IMG/VR virus record: IMGVR_UViG_3300033412_000035
Source of the DNA: a virus
Strand: one strand, 5' to 3'
Length of the DNA: 40,141 bases
Shown here: piece after piece, positions 14,420-22,560 of the stretch
Numbering within the stretch: position 1 is the stretch's first letter
Layout of the letters: each line of letters begins with the position of its first letter
Program-made: the position numbers and the translations under genes
Notes under the pieces: generated by a model
Seen by the model: the letters and a program-made list of their open reading frames with translations, nothing else
The model's database searches: none
Told to the model about the DNA's origin: nothing

Positions 14420-15204
14420 GCGAGGCACTCCAGAAATCAGTGATCGGTCGCGATCAGATTGAACTGGTCAAGACGACAATCTGCCGCGGCTCCACCGACG
14501 ACGAGCTCCAGCTCTTCGTTGCCACATGCAACCGCCTCGGACTCGACCCGTTCGCGCGACAGGTGTTCGCCGTCAAGCGATGGGACTCGAAGCTCAAGCA
14601 AGAGGTGATGGCCATCCAGACCAGCATCGACGGCTATCGTCTGGTCGCCGCGCGAACCGGCCAGTACGACGGACAGGAGGGTCCGTACTGGTGCGGTGAC
14701 GACGGCCAGTGGCATGACGTCTGGCTCAGCAAGTCGTCGCCGCGCGCAGCCAAGGTCGTCGTCTACCGCAAGGGCTGTAGCCATCCGTTCCCCGGAATCG
14801 CGCACTGGTCGAGTTACGTCGCCACGACCAAGGAGGGAACTCCGACCACGATGTGGCAGAGGATGCCCGAGGTGATGCTCGGGAAATGCGCCGAGGCGCT
14901 AGCGCTTCGCAAGGCGTTCCCGGCTGAGCTGTCTGGCGTCTACACCAGGGAGGAGATGGAGCAGTCTGATAACGAGCCTCTGCCGCGGGGCCTGCGAGTG
15001 GTCCATCGCGAGGCGACGACGGATGTTGACCAGGCTCCTCTCGAGGATCGCATCCTCGCGGCTACAACCCTGGACGACCTCGGGAGACTCGTCGGTGAAC
15101 TGAAGCGAGCCGATGCCGATACCCGAGAGCGGCTGCGCCCGATCTACACGCAGCGGCGCGCGGAGCTGCTCCAGGCGGAGACGAAGAGGGATCCGGCCCC
15201 ATGA
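14416..15204 (+). CDS. recT: RecT-family single-strand annealing recombinase
   Basis: GGAGGAGA precedes the ATG at 14416. Motifs [31 protein letters not shown] and [16 protein letters not shown]. Confidence 0.85.
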   Translation: MSEALQKSVIGRDQIELVKTTICRGSTDDELQLFVATCNRLGLDPFARQVFAVKRWDSKLKQEVMAIQTSIDGYRLVAARTGQYDGQEGPYWCGDDGQWHDVWLSKSSPRAAKVVVYRKGCSHPFPGIAHWSSYVATTKEGTPTTMWQRMPEVMLGKCAEALALRKAFPAELSGVYTREEMEQSDNEPLPRGLRVVHREATTDVDQAPLEDRILAATTLDDLGRLVGELKRADADTRERLRPIYTQRRAELLQAETKRDPAP

Positions 15205-15581
15205 AGCGACGGAAGGGAACGTTTGGCATCCTCGACGTCGAGAACATCGACGAGAAGATCGATGAACTGAACGAGACGCTGGGAAGACCGAAACCGAAGA
15301 AGAAACCCGCAACCGACTCCGCCCGCCACGCCCGCAACCGCGCCGCCCGACTCGCAGCCGGCCTGTGTGCCGACTGTGGACGCGAACGAGCGCGCCCGGG
15401 CAAGACGCAGTGCCAGGAGTGCGCGGACAGGCAGGAGAGCGCGCGCATCCGTCGGGCCCGGGGCGTCTTCCTGTACGGGCGCTGCGAGTGGTGTTTCGGC
15501 CGGCACCTGACCGCGCAGTGCCAACTCCGCCGCATCGGGATGAGGGCCGTCGTCATCGCGGGGAGAGAGGTGCCGCTGTGA
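15201..15581 (+). CDS. Cys-rich hypothetical protein (126 aa)
   Basis: ATGA overlap with recT. Contains CADCG...CQEC...CEWC. Confidence 0.6.
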   Translation: MKRRKGTFGILDVENIDEKIDELNETLGRPKPKKKPATDSARHARNRAARLAAGLCADCGRERARPGKTQCQECADRQESARIRRARGVFLYGRCEWCFGRHLTAQCQLRRIGMRAVVIAGREVPL

Positions 15582-15616
15582 CGCTTCAACGAGACGTGAA
15601 CGAGGAGGGACGGTAG

Positions 15617-15922
15617 ATGGCAAAGACAGCACCCAAGAAGGCGACCAACGGCGAGCGGCCGGTGGTGGTGACGACGGCGCACCGGGGCATTTTCTTCGGG
15701 TACGCGTCGGACACGGACGGGGAGACGATCCAGCTCAAGCGCGCGCGGCTGTGCGTGTACTGGTCGGCGGACTGTAAGGGCTTCATGGGCCTGGCGTCGG
15801 GCGGCCCCACGGCCTCGTGCAAGATCGGGCCGGCGGCTGACATCACGCTGCGATCGATCACGTCCGTGCTCGAGGTGACGCCCGAGGCGGTGGCGGCGTG
15901 GGAGCGGGCCCCGTGGGGGTGA
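15617..15922 (+). CDS. Hypothetical protein (101 aa)
   Basis: GAGGAGGGA precedes the ATG. No function recognised. Confidence 0.6.
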   Translation: MAKTAPKKATNGERPVVVTTAHRGIFFGYASDTDGETIQLKRARLCVYWSADCKGFMGLASGGPTASCKIGPAADITLRSITSVLEVTPEAVAAWERAPWG

Positions 15923-16479
15923 GTCCGCGGCTGCTGCGCGGCGAGCCGACCGCCTGGGCAGCGAGCGGCTCCGGCTACGGCTCCGGCGACGGCTACGGCT
16001 ACGGCCACGGCTACGGCTACGGCTACGGCTACGGCTACGGCTCCGGCTACGGCTCCGGCTACGGCTACGGCTACGGCGACGGCTACGGCTACGGCTCCGG
16101 CTACGGCTCCGGCTACGGCGACGGCTACGGCTACGGCTACGGCGACGGCTACGGCGACGGCTACGGCTACGGCTACGGCGACGGCTACGGCGACGGCTAC
16201 GGCTACGGCTACGGCTCCGGCTACGGCTCCGGCGACGGCTACGGCTACGGCGACGGCTACGGCTCGCTGGAGGACGTCGCTCGCTGCCAGCCCGACGAGT
16301 CCCTGGTCACCAAGCGGGTGCTGGCGGACCGGAAGGTGTGCTCCGACCAGCTCAAGCTGTTCATCAAGACGTTCCCCGACGGGATGCGGTGGCCGGCGCA
16401 GATCCAGGAAGCGGAGGCAGCCGGGCTCGACGTCTCGTGGGGCTGCACGAACCTCGGGCTCCTGAGGCCGGTCCCGTGA
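15919..16479 (+). CDS. (Gly-Tyr/Ser/Asp)x50 repeat protein with a unique 71-aa C-terminal domain
   Basis: The GTG at 15919 overlaps the upstream stop (GTGA). The repeat is in frame with the flanking unique sequence, and GAAGGAGG for the next gene follows the stop. Confidence 0.65.
   Translation: MSPRLLRGEPTAWAASGSGYGSGDGYGYGHGYGYGYGYGYGSGYGSGYGYGYGDGYGYGSGYGSGYGDGYGYGYGDGYGDGYGYGYGDGYGDGYGYGYGSGYGSGDGYGYGDGYGSLEDVARCQPDESLVTKRVLADRKVCSDQLKLFIKTFPDGMRWPAQIQEAEAAGLDVSWGCTNLGLLRPVP
15967..16266 (+). repeat. Hexanucleotide satellite (GGC-NNC)x50
   Basis: Every odd codon is GGC. The even codons are TAC (31), TCC/TCG (9), GAC (9) and CAC (1). There is a perfect 36-nt tandem duplication (16141-16176 = 16177-16212). 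Confidence 0.95.
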
Positions 16480-16495
16480 AGGAGGCGCTCTAACC

Positions 16496-16606
16496 ATGGC
16501 ACTCGCTATCGTGGCGGCTCTCACCGCCTTCGGGGGCATCAGCTACGCGATGGGCTATCGAACGGGCTGGAGGAGCAGGCAGAGGGCGACGGGGGCGCGG
16601 AGGTGA
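16496..16606 (+). CDS. Small single-TM protein (36 aa)
   Basis: MALAIVAALTAFGGISYAMGYRTGWRSRQRATGARR. GAAGGAGG lies 10 nt upstream. The stop overlaps the next GTG (GTGA). Not in the track. Confidence 0.45.
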   Translation: MALAIVAALTAFGGISYAMGYRTGWRSRQRATGARR

Positions 16607-17421
16607 AGGAGCGCCCCATCCTGTTCTCCGGCCCCATGGTCCGGGCAATCCTCGAGGGAAGGAAGACCCAGACGAGGCGGGTCGTTGACCTGTCTCGGCT
16701 CCGGGTCCGTCTGCCGCGCGCCGTCCATTCCGACCCGATTCCTGGCCTGCCCGGACTCAGCGCTAGGCCGGGGGTCCGCCCGGCCACGCTCAACCAGCAT
16801 GGAGCCGTCGCCACCATCTGCGCGAGCGCCGAGACGCTTGGCGGCTCGCTGGGGCTCAAGCCCGGCGAGTTCAACTTCGAGTGCCCCTACGCCGCCGGCG
16901 ACACGCATCTCGGCGACTACGGCAGCGGCCGCAAGGTCTGGACGGTCACTCCGAAGGCATCTCGGCTGTGGGTCCGCGAGGCATTCCGGTTCGAGGCTGG
17001 GTTCAACGACCTGCCGCCGCGCGAGGTCCCGGACGATGCGGAGGTCTGGTACGAGGCGACCGTAGATTGGCGCTACTCGAGCGCGGGCCGCCTACGCCCC
17101 GGCCAGTTCATGCCCCGCTGGGCCTCCCGCCTCACTCTCGAGGTGACCGGCGTCCGGGTCGAGAGGCTGCAGGACATCTCGGAGGAGGATGCGCGGGCGG
17201 AGGGCGTCGAGCCGTACACGCCGCCGCACGGCAACGTCTCACCCGATCAGCGGGTGCCCGGCCCCGGGTTCAACCGCGCACGCCTCGGCGACCAGCCTCA
17301 CCGGCTTCCGTTCGCCGACCTCTGGGACTCCATCAACGGCAAGCGCGCGCCCTGGTCGTCGAACCCGTGGGTCTGGGTCGTCGAGTTCCGGCGTGTCGAG
17401 GCCCAGGAGGCTGCCGCTTGA
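16603..17421 (+). CDS. ASCH/PUA-like domain protein (272 aa)
   Basis: The N-terminus ILFSGPMVRAILEGRKTQTRR and the C-terminus NPWVWVVEFRRV are patterns I associate with phage ASCH-domain proteins. Recalled from memory, not searched. Confidence 0.5.
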   Translation: MKERPILFSGPMVRAILEGRKTQTRRVVDLSRLRVRLPRAVHSDPIPGLPGLSARPGVRPATLNQHGAVATICASAETLGGSLGLKPGEFNFECPYAAGDTHLGDYGSGRKVWTVTPKASRLWVREAFRFEAGFNDLPPREVPDDAEVWYEATVDWRYSSAGRLRPGQFMPRWASRLTLEVTGVRVERLQDISEEDARAEGVEPYTPPHGNVSPDQRVPGPGFNRARLGDQPHRLPFADLWDSINGKRAPWSSNPWVWVVEFRRVEAQEAAA

Positions 17422-17488
17422 ACCAGCTCCTCGCCACCGTCGCCGAGGCCGCCGAGGTCCTCCGGGTGTCGCCGTCCTCGGAGGTACG

Positions 17489-17896
17489 ATGACCTCGTTC
17501 CTCACTGTCGCCCAGGTCGCCGAGGTCCATGGTCCCGGGGCCGCCTACGACGATGACATCATCCGTGCGATCGCGAGTCGGCGTCGTCGGTTCGGCGACC
17601 GCGACCGGGTCTGCTATTTCGCGCAGTGCGCGCGCACCGGCCTAATCAAGATCGGGATAACCGGAAACCTCGAGGAGCGGCTCGCCTGGCTCTCCTGCGC
17701 CACCGGCCTGGCGGTGAAGCTGCTCGGCGTCGTCCAGGACGTCCAGTGGCCCGAGGAGGTCCTGCATGCGCTGTTCGACCACTGGCGCGTGGACCGCAGC
17801 TTCGAATCGATCGGGACGATGCGCCTGGGCAGCGAGTGGTTCAGACCGGCGCCGGAACTGCTCGCGTTTATTGCGTCGGAGGCCGCCCTGCCGTGA
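17489..17896 (+). CDS. T5orf172 / GIY-YIG-superfamily domain protein (135 aa)
   Basis: GGAGG precedes the ATG at 17489. Motifs GLIKIGITGNLEERL...EEVLHALF...GSEWF. Confidence 0.65.
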   Translation: MTSFLTVAQVAEVHGPGAAYDDDIIRAIASRRRRFGDRDRVCYFAQCARTGLIKIGITGNLEERLAWLSCATGLAVKLLGVVQDVQWPEEVLHALFDHWRVDRSFESIGTMRLGSEWFRPAPELLAFIASEAALP

Positions 17897-17993
17897 GTCG
17901 TCGCACCGACGAGATAGCGGCTCGCGTCGAGGAACGGCTCGTGCGTAGACTTGTCCGGCACGGGATCTTGCCGCGTCGGGTTCTGGAGGACCG

Positions 17994-19004
17994 ATGCGAC
18001 AACGACGAAAGCGAGGACGAGTCTATGGACCTTACGAGGAGCCCGGGGGGTGGCGCGTCGTCGTCATCAACGCCAAGGGCGAGCGCACTAGTGCGACGTT
18101 TGCGCGAGAAAGAGAGGCAGTCGCGGAGCGGCTCGCCGCCGAACGCGAGCTCGAGACCGAGGTCATCACGGTGAGCCAGGCCTTGGTCAAGTATGAGGAG
18201 TACCAGGTCGCCAAGGGGAACAAGCCCCGGTCGATCGCGACCACCAAGGAGCGCCTGCGCAGCCTGCTGCGGGACCAGGAGGAGTGCCTCGTGGACCTCA
18301 CCCCTGCCCGCTGCCAGCGCCTCTACGACGACTTGGCGGCCCGGGTGGCGGTGGATACCCATCGCAACACATTGAACCAGGCGCGGACCTTCTTCCGGTG
18401 GGCGGAGAAACGCGGCTTCGTTCGGGCGAACCCGCTAGCGTCGGTGGACGGCATCGGCCGGCGCAGGCGCGGCAAGCCCCAGCTCAGGATCGACGAGGCG
18501 CGGGCGTTCGTGTCGGTGGCGGCCGCGATGGCACGGGCGGGCGATCGTGGAGCCCTGGGAGCCCTCATGGCGCTCCTGATGGGGATGCGAGCGAGCGAGA
18601 TTCTGCGGCTGGAGGCGCGCGACGTGGACGACGCGGGCCGGGTCATCTGGATCGACGACGCCAAGACCGAGGCCGGCCGGCGGACCCTGTACGTCCCGCC
18701 GGAGCTGACCGACCTGCTCAAGGCGGCGGCGGCCGAGGGCGGGCAGCTCTTACCGACCCAGGAGCACCAGTGGCTCAACCGGCAGGTACGCCACCTCTGC
18801 GGGCTGGCGGGCGTTCCACGGGTCTGCACCCACGGCCTGCGCGGGACCCACGCGACGCTGGGCACCGAGTTCGGGTCGTCGTCCCTGGTCGTCTCACAGG
18901 CGCTCGGGCACGCCAGCGAGGACATCACGCGGGCCCACTACACGCTGCCGGAAGCCTCGGCGGCAGCGGTCCAGCGGCGGGTCACCCTGAGGCTCAAGGA
19001 GTAG
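17994..19004 (+). CDS. int: Tyrosine integrase
   Basis: N-terminus RGRVYGPYEEPGGWRVVV. Catalytic-region motifs MGMRASEIL, HGLRGTHAT and LGHASEDITRAHY. Confidence 0.9.
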   Translation: MRQRRKRGRVYGPYEEPGGWRVVVINAKGERTSATFAREREAVAERLAAERELETEVITVSQALVKYEEYQVAKGNKPRSIATTKERLRSLLRDQEECLVDLTPARCQRLYDDLAARVAVDTHRNTLNQARTFFRWAEKRGFVRANPLASVDGIGRRRRGKPQLRIDEARAFVSVAAAMARAGDRGALGALMALLMGMRASEILRLEARDVDDAGRVIWIDDAKTEAGRRTLYVPPELTDLLKAAAAEGGQLLPTQEHQWLNRQVRHLCGLAGVPRVCTHGLRGTHATLGTEFGSSSLVVSQALGHASEDITRAHYTLPEASAAAVQRRVTLRLKE

Positions 19005-19020
19005 ACGTAAGTGAGGCAGA

Positions 19021-19043
19021 CGAACCTTTCCGAACCTTTTCCG
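19021..19043 (+). repeat. Tandem CGAACCTTT(T)C repeat just after int (candidate arm-type or accessory site)
   Basis: cgaacctttc cgaaccttttc read directly. Confidence 0.4.
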
Positions 19044-19070
19044 CGGCGAGTGCCGTCGGCCTCTAAGTTG

Positions 19071-19112
19071 TCGGGGCGATGGGATTTGAACCCACGGCCC
19101 CCAGACCCCCAG
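19071..19112 (-). other. attP core candidate: the 3' portion of a tRNA (T-arm plus acceptor 3' strand), not a full gene
   Basis: The reverse strand reads CTGGGGG TCTGG GGGCC GTGGG TTCAAAT CCCAT CGCCCCG A. There is a GTTCAAATC T-loop but no matching 5' acceptor strand upstream. The acceptor and loop are compatible with a Pro(GGG)-type tRNA; this assignment is tentative. Confidence 0.65.
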
Positions 19113-19258
19113 TCACAGGGACATCAACGATGTAGCAGATGTACGACAAACATTTTTCCCGATAGTGCGCAAGGTCCCGTGCAGACTCTGCGATCCGTCG
19201 GAAAAGATGGCCGGGAGTGTGCTCAGCCTGTACCGCCGCCTGCGGGTGAGGTGCGGCC

Positions 19259-19444
19259 GTGAAGCCCTTCGCGAAGCCGGAGAATGCCGCCGCCTTGGTC
19301 GCGCTTCGGCGGCTCGCCGATACCTTTCGATCCGTGAACGGCCGGATGCCGACGCAGGAAGAGTTGGACGTCGCGATCGATCGCGCGGGCCTGCCCTACC
19401 GGATCAGCGTTGAGCTGCTCAGCGGCGACCGGGGGTTCGCATGA
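19259..19444 (+). CDS. Hypothetical protein (61 aa)
   Basis: GTG start preceded by GGTGAGGTG. The sequence looks more protein-like than the overlapping frame 19165-19413. Confidence 0.5.
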   Translation: MKPFAKPENAAALVALRRLADTFRSVNGRMPTQEELDVAIDRAGLPYRISVELLSGDRGFA

Positions 19445-19920
19445 GGATCGACCTGGAAGAACTACGCGGGAAACTCGCGTCGTGGGGTTCGCCATGTGAG
19501 CACCGGGTGCCGAACGCGGGCGGGTCGGTCGAATCGCAGCTACACGGCGTCTGCATTTTCTGCTGGCGCGACCGCGGGGCCGCCCTGGCGATGGCGATTC
19601 CTGGCCTTGTTGCGGAGATACGGCAGATCCGCGACTTCGGGTCGGACGATCCGGCGGTCATCGCCAGGCTGGAGCGACTAGACGATGCAGGCGCCTCATC
19701 CGGCCCCCGCGCCCGCATCGAGGCCGCCCTGCCCCGGCTCAACCTGGACGAGCTCGAGGTCGCGGCCCTCATCGCCGAGCGCCTGGTCGCCGGACAGAAG
19801 GTCTACGGCCCGCTCGACCTGGCCACGGACCAGCGGGACTTCCGGCGCGAGGGGCACGAGGAGGCGGTGGACGCCGCCATCTACCTGGCCTGCGAGACCC
19901 TGAAGAGGAGGGGGACGTGA
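19441..19920 (+). CDS. Hypothetical protein (159 aa), Ead/Ea22-like flavour
   Basis: ATGA overlap upstream. AIPGLVAEIRQIR resembles the Ea22-type motif. Weak call. Confidence 0.5.
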   Translation: MRIDLEELRGKLASWGSPCEHRVPNAGGSVESQLHGVCIFCWRDRGAALAMAIPGLVAEIRQIRDFGSDDPAVIARLERLDDAGASSGPRARIEAALPRLNLDELEVAALIAERLVAGQKVYGPLDLATDQRDFRREGHEEAVDAAIYLACETLKRRGT

Positions 19921-20096
19921 GCGCAGCGTATGACATCGAGGAGGGTTCCGAGCCGGGCAGCGAGGGGGCGCAGGCGCGTAACTGCACCTGCCCAGTCTTG
20001 GACAACCACCACGGCAAGGGACGGTACGGGGACGGGAAGCGGTGCGGGTGGTTTGTTCGAGAGACCTGCCCGCTCCATGGAGGCACGAGGTCATGA
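19917..20096 (+). CDS. Cys/His micro-protein (59 aa)
   Basis: GTGA and ATGA overlaps at both ends. Contains NCTCPVLDNHHGKGRYGDGKRCGWFVRETCPLHGG. Not in the track. Confidence 0.55.
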   Translation: MSAAYDIEEGSEPGSEGAQARNCTCPVLDNHHGKGRYGDGKRCGWFVRETCPLHGGTRS

Positions 20097-21178
20097 CCAC
20101 CGACACCAAGCACCTGCGCGCGTTGCTCGAGGCGGCGACGCCGGGGCCGTTCGAGCCCGGGGTCTGCTTCGACGACGACAAGGACAAGGCGCGCGACGTC
20201 TACCTCGCGATGTTCGACGCAGGCACGCGGGACCACTTCTTCAACGTCTACCCGGTGCCGCAGGACGAGCGGATGCTGGCGATCGCGGTCACCGGCAACG
20301 GGCCATTCAGCGATGCAAACGCGCGCCTCATCGCCGCGCTCTTGACCGCCGCGCCGGGCATGATCGAGGAGCTGGAGCGGCTGCGGACTGAGGCCGAGGA
20401 GCGCGCGGACTCCGAAGCTGCACGGTGGCAGCGGCGAATCGAGGACACGATCGCCAGGGCCGGCCTCGAGCCCTTCGACGCCAGCGGCAACGAGAGCGGC
20501 GATCCGCTCGACTGGACCGACGACCAGGTTGGTCATGCGCTCGAGACATTGCGCGAGGAGCTGTCGGGTTGCGAGGGCAAGTACATGGCGCAACGTGCGC
20601 TCAAAGAGGAGGCGCAGGCCGAGCGCGACCAGCTCCGGGCCGAGGTCGAGCGGCTGCGTGACATCCTGCGCGCCCATGAGGAGGACATGAATCTCACGCT
20701 TGAGGAACTGGCCGGCAAGGCGAACGAGCTCCAAGTCGAGCGCGACCAGCTCCGGGCCGAGGTGGAACGGCTACGGCAGTTTGGTGCCGCCTATGACGAC
20801 GAGGGGCATCGTCGTGATATGCGAATCGCGGAACTCGAGGCCGAGGTCGCTCGCCTCAACGACGACCGCCTCACCTGCGAGAAGCGCATCCAGGAGCACA
20901 CGGGCGAGCGCAACGAGGCGCGGGCCGAGGTCGAGCGGCTGCGCAGCAAGGTCACGCGGATGATCGATGCAGCCGACCCATTCATCACCGGCGCCGAGGC
21001 CGAGCGGGACCGCCTGCGGGTGGCGCTGGAGAAGTATGGGACGCATCTCGCCATCCGATCCGAGCGGAGAGACTCGTATGGCATCGTGCACGTGGGCAGC
21101 GTTCCGTGTCCTGGGTTGGCCGGCGGCGAGTGCCTCTGCGGCTTCATTGCGGCCATCGCCGGCAAGGCGTCCCCATGA
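20093..21178 (+). CDS. Ead/Ea22-like coiled-coil protein (361 aa)
   Basis: N-terminus LRALLEAATPGPFEPG...NARLIAALLTAAPGMIEELERLR. Long heptad-like region with ERDQLRAEVERLR twice. Confidence 0.6.
   Translation: MTTDTKHLRALLEAATPGPFEPGVCFDDDKDKARDVYLAMFDAGTRDHFFNVYPVPQDERMLAIAVTGNGPFSDANARLIAALLTAAPGMIEELERLRTEAEERADSEAARWQRRIEDTIARAGLEPFDASGNESGDPLDWTDDQVGHALETLREELSGCEGKYMAQRALKEEAQAERDQLRAEVERLRDILRAHEEDMNLTLEELAGKANELQVERDQLRAEVERLRQFGAAYDDEGHRRDMRIAELEAEVARLNDDRLTCEKRIQEHTGERNEARAEVERLRSKVTRMIDAADPFITGAEAERDRLRVALEKYGTHLAIRSERRDSYGIVHVGSVPCPGLAGGECLCGFIAAIAGKASP
20621..20775 (+). repeat. Intragenic direct repeats encoding ERDQLRAEVERLR
   Basis: gagcgcgaccagctccgggccgaggt occurs at 20621 and 20738. 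A partial third copy, cgggccgaggtcgagcggctgcg, lies at 20921. Confidence 0.8.
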
Positions 21179-21705
21179 CCCGCGCCATCGCCGCCACGCT
21201 CGCCTCTGCCCGGGTCAAGAACTCGACCGCGCGCGACGACTGGCAGACGCCGCCGAAGGTCCTGGAGCGGGTGCGGATGGTCGGCCCGATCGTGCTCGAT
21301 CCGTGCACCTCGGAGGATAACCCGGTCGGCGCATCGTTCGCGCTCACCGAGCGGCAGGATGGCCTCGCGGTCGATTGGGCCGACGTGCTCGACGATGACA
21401 TTTACAGCGGCCTCGTCTTCGCAAATTTCCCCTACTCCCGCGCCAAACTATGGGCCGCCAAGATCGTCGAGGAGTCTACCTGTGGACTGGAGATCGTGAC
21501 CCTCTGCGCGGCCCGCCCGGACTCGCGTTGGTTCTTCAACCTGGTGTGGGACAGCGCGCAGGCGGTCTGCTTCTACCGGGGACGCCTGCGCTTCGTGGGC
21601 GCACCGAGCTCGGCCCCCTTCCCTTCGGCGCTCGTCTACCACGGGCCGTGCCCATGGGCCTTCGAGGCCGCGTTCGCCGACGCCGGGAAGGTCATCCGAC
21701 TGTGA
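21175..21705 (+). CDS. Phage Dam-type N6-adenine DNA methyltransferase
   Basis: ATGA overlap upstream. Motifs DDWQTPPKVLERV, LDPCTS, and FANFPYS (an NPPY-like motif). Confidence 0.75.
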   Translation: MTRAIAATLASARVKNSTARDDWQTPPKVLERVRMVGPIVLDPCTSEDNPVGASFALTERQDGLAVDWADVLDDDIYSGLVFANFPYSRAKLWAAKIVEESTCGLEIVTLCAARPDSRWFFNLVWDSAQAVCFYRGRLRFVGAPSSAPFPSALVYHGPCPWAFEAAFADAGKVIRL

Positions 21706-22307
21706 TCCTCCTCGACACCATCCTCTCCTGGTTCCGCACCGCCGCCGCCCCGGTCACCGGCCACGCCCCGGCGCCGCTCGAGATCGACGCGGAGGGCTGG
21801 CTCCACGGCGACCAGGTCGAGCGCTGGCCGAGCGTCAGGCACTACGCCGAGCCAATGCACCCGGCCGGCATCTGCTGGCACAGCACGTCGGTCGAACCGG
21901 GGACGCCGCTCTGGCGCCGGATCCAGACCTACCGCGAAGGCGTTGACCGAGCGTCCTCGTGGCACTTCCTGGTGGAGGCGGACGGGCGCATCTACCAATC
22001 GGTCTCGGCCGAACGCAGCGCCTGGCATTGCCGCGAGACGCCGCAGTGGAGGTCGTACTGCCCGGGCCCAGGCGGCGGTCCGAATCACCACCTCATCGGC
22101 ATCGAGATGGCAGCCACGGAAGCGTGCGAGCAGCCCGGGTACTCCTGGCCGGTCACCCAGCTCGCGGCAGCCAAGATGCTCGTCGGCTCGCTCCGAGAGC
22201 ACTACGACATTCAGTACAACTGGCTCTACCTCGAGCACCGCCAACTGGACCCGGCCCGACGCGGCGACCCGGGGCCGGACCTGGTGAAGCTGCTGAAGGG
22301 GGAATAA
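21702..22307 (+). CDS. N-acetylmuramoyl-L-alanine amidase (Amidase_2/PGRP-type) endolysin
   Basis: GTGA overlap upstream. Motifs ICWHSTS, SWHFLVEADGRIYQ, NHHLIGIE and HRQLDPARRGDPG. Confidence 0.8.
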   Translation: MILLDTILSWFRTAAAPVTGHAPAPLEIDAEGWLHGDQVERWPSVRHYAEPMHPAGICWHSTSVEPGTPLWRRIQTYREGVDRASSWHFLVEADGRIYQSVSAERSAWHCRETPQWRSYCPGPGGGPNHHLIGIEMAATEACEQPGYSWPVTQLAAAKMLVGSLREHYDIQYNWLYLEHRQLDPARRGDPGPDLVKLLKGE

Positions 22308-22311
22308 GGCG

Positions 22312-22560
22312 ATGAGGAGACTCTTGGTATATCTCGGAGTAGTCGCAGGCGGCTACGTCGCGATCTGGGTGCTGGTATGCCTTTTTCAAGGAAGCTTCGA
22401 GAACGCCAGCATCTCTGGCTATTGCGCCGAGCACGGCTACCCGGATCACACCACCCTGTTCGACCCGCTGCCATTACCGTCGAACTTCCACGGGGTGTGC
22501 CGCAAGCGCGTGAACGGCACGGACGTCATGGTAACTACTACCGAACTCGGGCGGCGCTGA
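22312..22560 (+). CDS. Membrane protein (82 aa, N-terminal TM), holin or lysis-accessory candidate
   Basis: MRRLLVYLGVVAGGYVAIWVLVCLF. Directly downstream of the endolysin. Lower-GC codons. Confidence 0.55.
   Translation: MRRLLVYLGVVAGGYVAIWVLVCLFQGSFENASISGYCAEHGYPDHTTLFDPLPLPSNFHGVCRKRVNGTDVMVTTTELGRR

Noticed and set aside
15967-16266. Possible CRISPR array or other spacer-repeat locus
   Set aside because: The period is 6 nt with no unique spacers, and the stretch is an in-frame part of a coding sequence.
15586-16539. 317-aa minus-strand ORF reading the satellite as (Ala-Val)n
   Set aside because: It is antisense to four plus-strand genes linked by start-stop overlaps or strong RBSs (GTGA overlaps, RBS before 16496). 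It has no RBS or operon context of its own. Its non-repeat flanks are Arg/Pro/Ala filler typical of off-frame high-GC sequence.
17893-18174. GTG-initiated ORF overlapping the T5orf172 stop and running 180 nt into the integrase gene (possible Xis)
   Set aside because: Beyond the integrase start its translation becomes Ser/Arg/Pro filler. The integrase N-terminus (RGRVYGPYEEPGGWRV) is clearly in the other frame. At most the first ~35 codons could be real, and I cannot support that.
19060-19140. Intact tRNA gene next to the integrase
   Set aside because: Only the anticodon-loop-to-3'-end portion is present. There is no 5' acceptor strand (CGGGGCG) and no D-arm upstream, so I interpret it as an attP core.
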